In this document: positions 23,791-36,726 of the stretch, one piece after another
Position numbering within the stretch: position 1 is the first letter of the stretch
Layout: the number at the start of each line of letters is the position of its first letter
From: Pseudogymnoascus verrucosus
Taxonomy: Eukaryota
Assembly: GCA_001662655.1 (NCBI GenBank)
Contig: KV460239.1
DNA length: 64,000 bases
Direction: 5' to 3' (one strand)
Program-made: the position numbers and the translations under genes
The notes under the pieces: generated by a model
Seen by the model: only the letters and a program-made list of their open reading frames with translations
Told to the model about the DNA's origin: nothing
Databases searched by the model: none

Positions 23791-26700
23791 CTACGTCCTA
23801 ATCCCCAGACACGGGAGTATTAGCAGTGTTTTCTGGTGAGCACGACAGGGCCACATCCGACTTCGGATTGGGCGCTGCTCTCTTGCCGGGATGCAATTGT
23901 ATTGAACGCCTGGCCTGGGTAGAAAGGGGTGGTTTTTGGGTAGTAGTGCGAGATTTCCTGTCATACCAGTCCACGTCGCTGAGTTGTAGCTTCCGTGATC
24001 GCTGCCCGCTGCGGTTGCTCCCAGACTTGTCAGTCTTGGAATGCGAAACGCCAGCAAGCTTTTCAATGCCTGGATTATGTCTGTAAATATTCATGTTTGG
24101 TTGGATAGGTTTCAGTGAGGAATCACCATCTTGTTCTTCTCCTTCGCGAAGGTCATAGTTCAACACTAGACTCTTGATTCTCTGTTGCTCCTCTCGCTCG
24201 GCCTGTTGTTGGGTCTTCATGGCGATTGCGAAGTTGGAGTCAGACGGTAATTCGACCGTTCGAGTCTGTTGGCGATTTCCTCGTTTGGTCAATAGTGAGA
24301 ATGCCATAGTATTGGGGGGAGCGGGGGCGACAACAGGTGCCGCATGTTCATCACTTCCTGACTCGACAGTGGATGTGGTTTCCCTGTTGCTACGACGCAT
24401 GGGTAAAGGCACATCGAACATTGGCTTTCTGTCGAATTTTCGGGATTCCAAGCTCTCAGCCATCATCTTGGCATACTCGCGTTCGAAGTCAGCATCGTCC
24501 TCGGGATCGTATTGCTCATCCTGTCGAGTGACAACAATTGCTTCTTCCTCTTCGGACTCAGACCCATGGCGAGACACTTCATCGTCACCATTGGCTTCGG
24601 CCTCGTCATCTTCTGATGAAGACTCATCGCCATCACCAGCTGGAAGACCAGCATCGCCGTCTCCATCGTCTGACGATTCATCAATTTCAGGCTCTTCGAC
24701 TTCGACAGCCTTCTCGACGCCAGAGGTTTTCTGGTCTTGCGCAACGGCAAGCTGGAATGCACGGCTGGCTTCTTCAATGTTTGAAGCAAGCTTCCATTGG
24801 GGCCTGGTTAAAGAAAAGGTATCCTGGACAATGAATTCAATGTCCATCGGTAGAGTGTCCTTGGTGTAGATGTAATACTGGAAAAACGATAGGAAGTAGT
24901 CAAGCTTCTTTCCAGCAGCCCCACGATTAAAGAATATGCCACAAGTCTCGAGGAGTGTAGCCACCAATCGAATTCGAAAGAAGTCGTCGGGCATATCAAA
25001 GGGGTTAACTCGCGCCGGGTTTGGTACTCCACCATGGCCAAATGTCATGATCTTATACATAGTATCGAAGATGACCGGATGGTCGACCATTCGATAGTTG
25101 TAAAGCTCGGCCAGGTACTTAACTTCAGCCAGTCTCCGTTGGTTGTACTTGAAATCGTTCTGCTCCAAGCCGAGTGTGATATACTCGAGAACATCATCGA
25201 TCACGGTGGTGACGAAATCCTGATGATATCGATGCAGCGCACTGACCAGAATGGCGAGGAGATGGATGTTCCCATACTTGACCTTTCCTGGTTTCGAAAA
25301 GACCTTTTCAAGGATTTTGGTAACCTCTGGCTCTTCCCAGTGAAGCCTCCTAACCTGCCTGAGAACCTTCGTATAGTTCTTTTTGTTCATATCTAGATAG
25401 ATGAGCTTTCGGATGAACAAATCTATTGGAGTGCGCTCATTTTGGAGTATAGCCGCCCGTACAGGGGGGTCAACGTAGTAAACGGCGTTCTCAATCAGCA
25501 TACGCTCTTGCTGACCGATATGCTGGGCAGATTTCTTGCGCTGCAAAGTTTCCAAAAAGGATGTCATGCGCGGCGAGGTTTCGGGGTTCCGGAAAAGGTA
25601 TCTGCCGCAGTTTTCGAGCAGGTTGCATATAATCTCAATGTTCATCCTCGAGAAATCATCCAGGCTGACCTTTAAGCAATGGAATATGACATGCTCAGGT
25701 ACAACCCCGAATTTGGTAAGCTCGGCAAGGTACCGAATATTACTGAGGCGGACTTGCCCCAAGAAATCTTTCTCCTTGCGTCGCTGGAGGCTGCGGAATT
25801 CCATATCGAGGTGGTCCACCAGTCCTTTCGTGGTATCTGGCATGTATTTACCAAGTGTCGATATGAGGCGCGACCAGTACGGCAACAGGTCGCTACGGCC
25901 CTTGGGGACTTCCTGGACAGCCTTTATGAGGCGATTCCTAGATGCCTTCGAGTTCAAGAAGCAGAAATCAATAGCTGCTTGGTCGACGAGGTCTTTATTG
26001 GTGAGATCAGGCAATCGTGCAATTAAAGCATCAACTTGGGCACCGACGGTCTTATTGGCAATAGCTGTGGACTGATCGTCGGCTTCTGCTGGCTTGGCTT
26101 CAACTTTGGCTGCTTCTGTGCCGGAATCAGCCGCATCTCCCCTTTTCCCCACCTGCTCGTCCGTATCAGTCTTCTTCTTCTTGGTATCCTCCAAAAGCAT
26201 GCCAGGTACTTTCCCCTTTAAGTCGACTAAATTCTCGTAGAATCTGCGCTCTTCTTCATCCTCCCAGATACCAGCTCCGTCGCCTTGGCCACGGAGGTAT
26301 TCGCCAGTTTTAACCAAACCTATGCCACCATCGCCTGCTGCGGCAGGGTCTTCCGTGTCTTTAAGGTCTGGCATTTCTGCACCAATAGCGTCCGCGAGAA
26401 CCTGGGCGTTGTCTACAAGTCGATCTTGAACCTTAACTTGCTTCTCGTAGTTCGCCTGGCGATCTTCAAAGACTTGGCCGGATTTGACATATGCCTCGGC
26501 GTCACGACGTGCTTGGGACGCGAGTGTCTTCTGGTCTCGAACGATATGAGCTTTAAGGTCGTCAAAATAGCGTCTGAGAATATTCCTGAAACGTTCTTGC
26601 AGTTCTGGTGATGCCAACGGCACATCTTCGTTGCTTGTGGCGGATATTGTCTCTTCGTCAGAGTCGTCCTCGTCCATCGTATCCCCATGGGCATCCGTGG

Positions 26701-27582
26701 CTCCATCTTCCTGAACAGTTTTACGGCCTTCGGCGCCTGCCTTCTTCACGCCAAGTATATCCCAGCCAAATGCCTTAACGAAAATAACGAGCAGTGGCAG
26801 GTTTGCATGGTCTCGGTCATGACCGAGCAAATCCTTCAAAACTTCAAGAGGAAATGGCTCGCTACCGCCGCCCTTCATGCTGCTGGCCGCTTTCACTTTC
26901 GCCTCACTAACTTTGGCCGCTCCTGAAAGCGATTCCTTCCCGCGAGACGCATCATCTGGGCGGCTGGCATCATCGAGCGTCCGGAGAACACCAACAAGCC
27001 ATAACTCCGTTACAACTCTGAGAAGAACCCGCTGGCGAGTCAGGCGCTCCTTCTCTTCCTTCTCTCTCAAGTCCGCTGCCAAATTCTTAAGTAGTCCTTT
27101 CTCTGGCGTTGCCAACCCCTTGCCAACTAGCCAGCCAAGGTATTCTGTAAATTCCGCGGGTCCGAATCGCTGGTGTAGTGCGCTGACAATTTCCACTCCT
27201 GCTTCGATCTCCCCCGGAGATTTCAGTCGGCAAAGGCCTTCGTAGCAAGCGGATATAATTTCGGAGAGGTATTTGCTCAAGGAGAGGGTCCGGATCTCCT
27301 GGAGAAACGTATTGAGGGTGGCAGCAGTAACAGCAGTGCGGAGGCGCTTAATGAAAGCCGTATTCTTCTTGAGTGACGAGTCCAACGATTTACTGACAGG
27401 GAATACACCTATATAACGTTTATCAGCAGCGCCTCCAAATATTCAAGCGTGGGGGGGCGCAAACCTTTCTCTCCTTCCCATGCCTGAGCGTTCAAAACGC
27501 GTAGTTCACCTGTACAGGTCAGCAAAGGTCCAATCAGCTGGTCCTTGGTTCTTATCCTCTCACGTTTTCTTTTGCGATCCAT
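23791..27582 (-). CDS. UPF2: Nonsense-mediated decay factor Upf2/Nmd2
   Basis: MDRKRK start with two short 5' exons; LDSSLKKNTAFIKRL; three MIF4G-like regions (IWEDEEERRFYENL, DDFFRIRLV); acidic tract; FSLLTKRGNRQQ; the spliced end reads DVDWT*. Confidence 0.95.
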
Positions 27583-28835
27583 GCTTGGCGCTGGATCGGT
27601 AATTCAGAGTATACAGGTATGGCCTTTAACCACCACATTCGTAAAATCTACGGGTTTCGCATGAGGAACCAGTGGAAGTATGTCGTCGGCCAAGCAATAT
27701 GATGCATCTGTGGTGTTTGTCCTGGGCCAGGAAAGTGCAATCAGCTTGTGGCAGACGTCGTTATGAAGCTGGCGTTCGTGGCCCTAGAGTCGCGACAGGG
27801 AAGTGGGCTACAACTGAGATAACCAGAGAAATCGATGAGTAGTAGAAATTGACGTGGTACGTGATGGCCCGACCCTTTGATTGTACCCTTATCTAGCTAA
27901 ACAGCTCATAGTTATTACCCCGTAGTCACGTGATTTTAATCATAACAAATGGTAACAGTTCAATTCGGTTTTATTTTGGGTTTCTCAACGTGAATTTGCT
28001 TTACGTTGATAACTTTGTAATCTCGAGAGTGTGAAGACCTGAAGCTCGCTGTTCATTCTTGCCTTCTTCAGTTTGAATACCCTCTTTCCCACTTGAATTC
28101 GCGTAACCTCGCTTACCAACTATGTGTCGAGTTTACTGAGCGGCTTCTCACCATCCGGGTGATATTCCTACCAAACACTGTCACGATCATCGCTGCCGTC
28201 ATATTTATTTTTAGCTTCATAGTTATATTCACATTGGCAAGTTTATGAAATACAAATCATCCCCGGTCTAGTTTCGCCCAGTGCCGATCCCAGTGTCACG
28301 TCCCTCGCCTTGGTAGAGCCTCAAACGTCGTCTGCCAGAGGTCTCGCAGATCATCCATGCCAAACACCACCACGTTCCAGGACTCCCCCACTGCCCACCG
28401 TAGCCACCTCGCCCGAAGCGCCCATCACATCCAGATGGAAGCTGTGATGGACAGATCCGAAACTAACATAGAGTTATAGACGTCGAGTCTAGACTCGCGC
28501 CGGGGAGGTTCGCCCAGAAACTACACCTGAAACTCGCGCATCCCAATCCACCATGTTTGATTCTCCCAATGCCGTGTTTGACTGCTCTCTCCACCTGGCG
28601 CCATGTCCCCTTACCCCCAATTCCAAGAGCTGCCAGATCTGCACTCCACGCTATCAACTCTTGGCCCATATAAGGTATGCTTCCTTCGTCTCTAATCCAT
28701 CATCTCATCATCAGCAGCTCTTTCATTTCTTCCTTTCTTCTTCATATTTCCAACGCACGCTAGCCGTCGCATTTTATCTTCACTTCGCCCATTCTTTCTC
28801 ATTAGAAAATATTAAACCAAAAACAAACCGCCAAA

Positions 28836-29888
28836 ATGCATTTCTCAACCACCACAATCCTTACCCTTGCGCTGGCCGCTCTCGCTTCCTCCTCCGCCAT
28901 CCCCGGTCGTCGCTCCCCCAAGGGTGGCCGCGAAAAGGGCAATAATGGCAACGGCAAAGGCAATGGCAATGCTGCCGCTGGAGTCGCTGCTGGTGGCGTC
29001 GCTGGCGGAGCTGCCGGTGTAGCCGTTGGCGCTGCAAACAACGGCACCGCAGTCGCCGCAGGCAACGCCACTGCCGTTGACGCTGCAGGCGCTTGCCCAC
29101 CAGCAGTCACAGTCACGGTGACCGAGACAGTGGGTGCGAACGTGGCGGCCGCGACTGACAATGCTGGTAACGCTGCTGCTGATGCTGCGGCTGCTGCCGG
29201 TCAGGACGGAAAGGCCGCGAAGAAGGCAGCAAAGGCTGCTGAGAAGGCAGCGAAGGCTGATGCTGCTGCTGCTGATGCCGCGGCGGCTGCGGCTGCGGGT
29301 GGAGCGGTGGCAGCAGACCCGGCAGCAGATGCTGCGGCAGCGAATGTGAATGCCAACCAAAACGCAAACGCAAATGCCAACGGTAACAATGGTAATGCAA
29401 ACGGAAACGCCAATGCAAACGCCAATGCCAACGCCAACGGAAACAATCAGAATGGAAACCAAAATGGAAACGCCAATGCCAACGCCAACGGAAACAATCA
29501 GAATGGAAACCAAAATGGAAACAACGGTAACCAGAATGGAAACAACCAGCAAGGAAACAACCAGAATGGAAACCAAGATGCCGCTGGCGCCGCTGATGCC
29601 GCCGCTGCCAATGGAAACGCCGCAAATGCTGCTGCGAACGGAAACGCAAACGCAAACGCAAACGCCGCTGCAGGCAAGGCCGCCGTAGCAGCTGACCCTG
29701 CTGATGCCGGAGCTGCAGCCGGTGGCGGTGTCGGTGACCTCCTCGGCCTCCTCGGTGGCGCCGGTGGCGCCGGTGGAGCAGCTGGCGGCGCTGGCAATGC
29801 TCTCGCCGGACTTGGAGCTAAGGCTGGTGATGCGCTTGCGGGTGTTAAGGGTGCTTTGGGCGGGCTTGCGGGTGGTGCTGCGAACTAA
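28836..29888 (+). CDS. Secreted low-complexity Ala/Asn/Gly-rich protein
   Basis: Signal peptide MHFSTTTILTLALAALASSSA, strong CAAAATG context, TATA-like site ~28669, 350-aa intronless ORF with biased codons. Confidence 0.85.
   Translation: MHFSTTTILTLALAALASSSAIPGRRSPKGGREKGNNGNGKGNGNAAAGVAAGGVAGGAAGVAVGAANNGTAVAAGNATAVDAAGACPPAVTVTVTETVGANVAAATDNAGNAAADAAAAAGQDGKAAKKAAKAAEKAAKADAAAADAAAAAAAGGAVAADPAADAAAANVNANQNANANANGNNGNANGNANANANANANGNNQNGNQNGNANANANGNNQNGNQNGNNGNQNGNNQQGNNQNGNQDAAGAADAAAANGNAANAAANGNANANANAAAGKAAVAADPADAGAAAGGGVGDLLGLLGGAGGAGGAAGGAGNALAGLGAKAGDALAGVKGALGGLAGGAAN
29421..29522 (+). repeat. Perfect 2 x 51-bp coding tandem repeat (ANANANGNNQNGNQNGN)
   Basis: Units 29421-29471 and 29472-29522 are identical. 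Confidence 0.9.
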
Positions 29889-30149
29889 GTCGGGTATGAT
29901 GATGATGATTATGGTGAGAGAGAGGGGGCGTTTAGGGGATATTCTGGCAATCCGTCTTTGATAGATTGGATAGAATTAGGTTTTTGGTAAATAGTCCCTC
30001 GTCTTTGATAGACGTGATCGGGGTATATGTAACATATGAACAAAAATTGATGCCTTAAAAATACACCCTCGTGCATCCTACATTTTGTCTTCCTTTGAGA
30101 CAGCGTGATCCTTGGTGTCTGTATTTGTAGACGCTGTGCCCTCCTCCTC

Positions 30150-32587
30150 TTAATTATTTGCGCCATGTCCCGTATTAACAACAGCCTCGGCTTCACGCTC
30201 AATTGGGTCTTGTTTGTGACTTGCTTCTCTCTCATCGCCCTGCCTGTCCCCTGATGGAGTGTAATACCTATTGCGTTCATTCCTGTCATCTCCCTTACGA
30301 TCCTGTAATTACATCAGTTTACCGCCCTGTTTAAAAGCAAAGACATCAATGCAAGCGCTTACCTCCTGTGCCTGTTTCGCCGTGTAGCGATTGATAGACT
30401 CAATGAGTCGGTTGAGAATCCACTCTGACTCAGGCATATCTGACAGCATGGGCGAGTCTTCCCCTATCCAATCCCAATTTATGAAACCCTTCTGCTGCTC
30501 TTCCTCCTTCAGCTGTTCCCGCGACTCTGCCGTAAACCGGATCAACCTTGTGAACTCGGCCCATTCTTCATACGAATAGCGTTTAGGCGGGGAAACCTGC
30601 ATATCCTGCGCCGCTTTCTTAATAGCAATAGCTAGCCTCCTGAGGATTTCATGGCTTGACATGCCTTCATGGATGAACTTCTCTATCGTTGGGTTCTCTA
30701 CGTCATCGGCAGCTGCTTCTCCTGCCTCCTGATCTTGGTTTTGGACCACAAACCCACGCTCAACTCTTTTTTTCTCTTCTTTTTTATGCTGCCGCTCCTC
30801 GATCCAATTCTTCAGCCGAGGATGAGAGTCGACGAATTCTCGGACGACACCAGCACGGGGCATGATGGTCCAGTCGGCCAGCGTATTGGTCCAGTGATTA
30901 ATACCCGATATGACGGTGTCGCTCATATCGGAGATTAAGGTTGTTACGATAGGAACGGCAACTAGAGACCAGAAGACGAAAAATGCCTTGCCAGCATTGC
31001 TTTTGGGGCTGAAATCGCCGTATCCAATGGTGAGCAGTGAGACGTAGCAGAAGTACAATGACTCAAAATAAGACATCCCCTGCTCCCTATCCTCAGCTAT
31101 CCAAAAAACAACCGCGCCGACGAACCATAATATGGCGAATGCAAGGATCGACATCGATAGCTTGTAGTATTGCTTGAATCTCTTGGTGTTTCTTTGGACG
31201 TATCGCATTGCTTCAAATCTATCTTTCTCGTCTTTCAGGTAAATTAACCGTTGACGTTTCTCCACTAATGTTTCAGGGCCGTTCTTCAAAACTTCTCCCG
31301 GCCCATTCATTTTCGAAGTGGCAGGTTTGAAAGTAAGTTTGCGATGGCCATGGGATGCGCTCGATGTTGCGGCCCCGTTCGGCTTGAACGTCACAACTCT
31401 CCCGGATATATCCAGTTCGCCGTATTGTGCGATGGACTCTGTCGACACTGACCGCAATGAGTGCGGCGTACGGTTCCCATCACGACGCTTCGGGGGAGGT
31501 AATCCCAATCGGTCCCGTAGTTGCCCATCATTTGTCACGCTCCTCGAAACCGTGTCGGCTCTTATGCGTTCTTCGTGGGCCTTGACGACTTTGTTCCTTG
31601 ATATGCCTCTTGCGAACTTGTGGATGCTGTTGATCACCAGACCTAGGAACACAATGCCTAGGACTGCATAGGGCATGAGAATGCCTCGGCCAGCATTGTT
31701 TGTCGGTACAATGTCGCCATATCCAACGGTCAGGATGGTAACGTCGCAGTAATATAACGCATTGCTGAAACTGAAGCCGCAGACTCGGCTGAAAACCCCA
31801 GCCCCACCACCAAGCCACAAGAAGAACATCATGGTCTGCAGGATCAGAGTTCTTTGATAATCAGTGAGATAGAAATTTTGTGGGTATTTTCCCAAAAGAT
31901 ATCCAACCATGTTGATGAGGAGCATGCCAAATCCCAGGTTGTATAAAACACATGCTATTATAGCATGCCAAAATCCCTGGGACCATGTTTGGCCAGGTCG
32001 TATTGGAGGGTTGAGAATACTCATGGCGACGATAATGCTGATCAGCTAATAGTAAGTTAGTAAATGGGAACAAGGGATAGCCAGAGAAGGTATCATACAA
32101 TGGCAGACGATAAAAACCACATGAGAACCGTAGCGGGTAAGGCAATGATATATCGTACACGCCTTGTGAAATTGCACAAGAGGAAGAAATTGCCAATAAA
32201 CCCAAAGGCCAGCGAGAGTCCGTTGAGTATGAGTTCCCTATTAGATCAGTAAGACTTCGAAAATGCTTCTGTAAGGCAGAACATACCATTTAGGATCCGG
32301 AATCGTGATTCCATTGTCATCCGCCCCTTCCGGCAGCTGGCCGTTATTAGGAAGTTGAACCCTCCACTTGGAGACAAGGCCAGCAATAGACAATAAATTC
32401 GCCAGCGGCCCTATCGTAGCAGCAAGCAGAGGGATCGCCGTTGATGCAAACCACCAAGACCTATACGTATATTAGAACCCATATAAAAAGTTGTAAATTT
32501 CGGGTGGCAAGTTTAGACCTACTGTGGCAAATCATCATCCTGATCTCGCAACTTCAACTTACCCCATCTCTTCAAGTAGCCGCCCAT
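30150..32587 (-). CDS. TOK1: Two-pore-domain outward-rectifier K+ channel, TOK1 family
   Basis: WWFASTAIPLLAATIGPLAN; two pore loops TVGYGD and TIGYGD; LTDYQRTLILQT; three introns. The start codon is uncertain. Confidence 0.88.
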
Positions 32588-33924
32588 TTTCAAATGGGAA
32601 GCCTTTGAAGGCGCAAGTCTACCAGTTCATGTGATTTACCTATCCGCCTCCTATTTCAACCCATATTCCTCGATAGCCTTGGCGACTGCGGTGACGTCAA
32701 AGGCGACAGGGATGTTATCCTTGCGACAGGGCACTTGGGATATGGAGTCCCGGCGGGGTTGATACTATGAAGGACAGAACGCAACGCTTGGGAGGTTTAT
32801 ATATAAAGAAATACTGATGTTAGATTAAGTTAGATATAGATGCAGGGAAATCAAGCTTCGTAGATCGAATCCGTGATCCAATCACGGGACGGATATACCG
32901 AATACCAAGTCGAGATGCGAAGAGCCCCACCACCCTTCGCCAACCAGCATCCAGGCACGAGAACGGGATCGAGTTGCCGAGAGGAGTCTCTACAACAGAC
33001 GTTATAAGTGAGCCTTCTTGTTCTTTCATTAATATCACTTCAATAATCGACCGGTGGTGAAAAAAAGGAAAACATGCGGAAGAAAAACAGACGATGAAAG
33101 GAAGAAGGCAAGTCGATATACCATCCCTAATGGTTAGTTCTATTACCATTAATGAAATTGAATATTTTTGTTACGCAGTATTTCAATATTGGACTTTTAT
33201 AATACAAATCTGGTCAATATAGTCGAAATTTTATTGCCAAAGGGTTGTGAGCGTCCTTGGTTATATAATGAAGATGGCATGGAGTTAATATCTCGTCGCT
33301 GCTTCGTTCGGGGCCTCTAAAGAAGTAATACGCTTCGATATTTGAGACGCGGGCTTTGAAAATGGCCTCAGAAAATATCGTTGAGGAAGCCTGGAAGACA
33401 GACTACGAGCGACAGCATCTCTGCCATGTTCACGGATCACAGCAATTCACATGAAACCCAGCAACGCACGTCAAAAGCTAAGTTCGTAATGTGAATATCC
33501 TTTTCAAGGGCTATAACTTTTGGGTTTGGTTTTACAAACATTAGCAAGGCGGTTGCCCATATACTCCGCACTCCATCCCATTCGTCCCGTCATCCATTCC
33601 GCCATGTCGAAAGAAACATCTATTCCCTCCCCCGACATGATCCAGCGCCGCCCAAGTAAGGCGCTGACAGGTTGTAAAACTCTATTAAGTTGAGTAACGC
33701 ATTAAAAAAACCGGAAGAGGACCCTGCTGTCCCATCCGTTATAAAAAGCCAGCGCTGATCCCCGTTGCAAAGAACAGGAGGCTAAGAGTTTGGTGGTGGT
33801 ACAAGAAAGTTAATAAAAAAAGAGGCGATAAAAAGAGGCCATCGAGCGTCAAAGTGGTGTGTGTGTGTGTTAAAGGCCGTTACGTGGTATCATCGACAAA
33901 GCAATAGGAATGTTGGGGGTGTTT

Positions 33925-35761
33925 TCATGTGGCGGACGTGGGCGTAGAGACCTCGCTGTCCTCCACCGCAACATCCAGGCGTATCTTCTTGTGGCGCGAC
34001 TCATTGCCTTCGTTCATCTCGGCCACTTCGCGCTCGAGGTCATCAAGGCGTCGCTTGAGCTGGTTCTCGCGTCTCTGCGATTCTTCAAGGTGCTGGCGCA
34101 GAGTGCGCTCAGAGTCCCGCTTCATCTCCTCGCCTCGTCGCGCATTGGCTTCGTCTTGTTCTAGCTGTGTGACGCGCCCCCGGAAGAGCTCGTTGATCAA
34201 GTCGAGCTCGCTGACGCGAGTTTTGAGAGAGGCATTCGCGGCGAGAAGCTGTTCGTATGTCTGCGGTACGTCCAGGTGGCGGTCGCCGTTGACGGATGAC
34301 TCGGATCGACCAGGCGATGAGGCGCGCAAGTGCATTTGTGGTAACGAAGGCGAATGAAGTTGATGATCGGTAAGTTCGGACCCATTGAATGGCGCCATGC
34401 GATTACCATACATCGATGGAGTCCCGGTTCGCGATATTGGCGAGTGCGACCCTTCAGAATGGCCATTTTGCGATTTATGAGATGTGCGACGATGGCCGCC
34501 GAGTCCAGTCGGGGGAGGAGTGTTGGCTTGCGATCGCGCGTCGCCAAGTCCGTTCGATGCGTCAAAGAGGCTCTGATAAGGTAGGTTAGCACGTTCGGGC
34601 ATTACTGGGGATTTCATCGATGTTTCCAATAAACATACCTTCTTCTTTTGACCTTGCGCGGCACCGGAGGTCTTGACGCGGTTTCGGCTTTTGATAACAT
34701 CTGTTTTGAGGCTTATCGGACGAGGGCGACCGTGGAGCTTGAGGAAAAGGCCACAGGCGTTGCAGAGTACGGAGCCGATTTCATCTCTCCTCCATAGAGG
34801 AGTTGTTGATGTCGTGCAGTTCTGGCATATGGGCTGTGCCATATCGCGATCATTGTTAGACATTGTTGCCATAGTTGCGATACGGTGGAGAGTACGATAA
34901 GAGATTGAAAGATTTGAATCTTGGGTTGGGATGGGCAAGTCGCTGCCTCGCTTGAGACGTGGAGGGAAGGAATGGCAGGGCTCTGAGCCGTAAGCGAGAT
35001 AATGGAACGGCTATTGGGCGCGAAGCCCGACTGCCAGTTGTCGTGGTACTTCCCTCCGTCCCTAGTCGCACGCACTTTCTTCTGTACACTATACAAAGTG
35101 TGGCATACGTTGGCGCATAACACAATAATATTGTGGGAGACAGAATAGTAAATAAACAAAAAAGAAGGAATATAAAACTTACAGGAGAATTCCCAAGTCC
35201 TGCTCCCCCAACACTGGTGGCCGATGGCGACGACGTGGCAAAGTTCAATCCCTTGCTTGTTGCTGTTCCAGCGGTAAACTGCCTGATTATCGGTGATAAA
35301 GTTAGCCCCCGTTCTGTACATGTACCATATCGTACCATAGATTAGAGTAGAATCGCCGATAACGATAAAGAAACTGCAGGGGTGACAAATATCTCCTGAA
35401 CTCCCGAACGCGCCGTTCAAGGATGGAGAAACTTGGAGACGTCATGCCGCACCGTCCCGGATTGGATGTGTATGGATGTGTGTAGAATGTATAATGAGTT
35501 TGTAGTTACTGACCTCAGTGGGTGCGAGTCTGCGCTTGCGGCTATTGATGCCAGCGATGAGAGCGCGGGTAGCTGGGGCATCGACGCGCTGTGGTGTAGT
35601 GTCGAAGATACAGCCGATGTTGATCGAGGTTTGGCACCTCCAGCAGCAGTCAACTGGGGATTGGGATCCATCGTGCTGGCTGGGCCGAATGCGCGATCTT
35701 GTGGTCGTCCCGCCGGTGGGAGATGCTCGATAGGCCGGTATGATGTCAGTGTCGAAGCCAT
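33925..35761 (-). CDS. areB: GATA zinc-finger/leucine-zipper transcription factor, AreB/Asd4/Dal80 type
   Basis: CQNCTTSTTPLWRR...LCNACGLFLKLHGRPRPISLKTDVIKSRNR; C-terminal coiled coil LKTRVSELDLINELFRGRV; upstream exons 35761-35514 and 35282-35183 splice in frame to the finger exon. Confidence 0.88.
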
Positions 35762-36726
35762 ATTGAACCACGGTGTATATATAGGCGTTCAGTTCGAGGA
35801 TTGCAAATATTATCGTCGTTTGAGTTGTTGAAAGGCGTCGTGTGTGAAATGAAAGGAAATCGATTGTAGGAATCTGTTCGTCGCGTCCTGATGACTGGGA
35901 ATTCGTGAAAAAGAGAGCGTGATCTGGGAGCTTCAAAGTGCTCGCTGCTAAACCAAAATATGATTATATTATAAAGAAGGTGTAGGTGTAAAAGGATTCA
36001 TGAAATATCGCCAGTCGACCGCCGAAAAATCAGGAAAGGGATTCTGGTTTGTGTTGTAGATACTGAGTTGGATTAGATATGTGAGCCCTCAGAGTTGGTA
36101 CGCTGCCCCTTATCCATCGTGCCAAGAGTCGCGATATGCAAATTACAATCTATAAAAAGCTCCACCGAGCACACGGCATCCGGGGCAATCTGCCTCAAAT
36201 TATTTGTGGGGAAGCAGCGTCACGTATTCCTCATGATAAAGCTCCGGTCTTACCGTTCAGCTCAGAACTGTACGGAGTAAGATATTAATTACTGACATCT
36301 GACAGTCCAAACGGGAACCATTACCGGTTTGACTGACGAGGTGCATAAGTCAGACAAAAAATCAGGCTGGACCATCATGACATCTCCATTGAAGAACTTG
36401 GATCGGCAAAATAACTATTGGCCTTGTTTCAATTCAGCTCTATCGGAGAGTATATTTTCCATAATAGTAGTCGTGATCAACTAGGTGGATACTCTAGACC
36501 ACCTGTAGTTCTCCTTTTTATCTCCATATCCCAATCTGACCACGTGATATAGAAGGTACAGAGAGTACAAACCGTGGCGCAGACCACGAACAACTCTATT
36601 CACAATTCACGCCGTACGGTATGTGTTTATTTCATGTGACAAGCTGTATTGAAACTGACAGGCAGTAGCAGTACTTCATTCCTTTAGTCTCCCACTCGAT
36701 TCTGTTATCATGGGCGTTTGATCAAG

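Noticed and set aside
28422..28497. Short hairpin CCATCACA/TGTGATGG and 14-bp palindrome CGAGTCTAGACTCG upstream of the secreted protein
   Set aside because: Isolated and short; could occur by chance in 64 kb, with no supporting context.
28845..29797. Several long antisense and alternative-frame ORFs
   Set aside because: By-products of low-complexity GCN/AAC codon repeats in the secreted protein gene.
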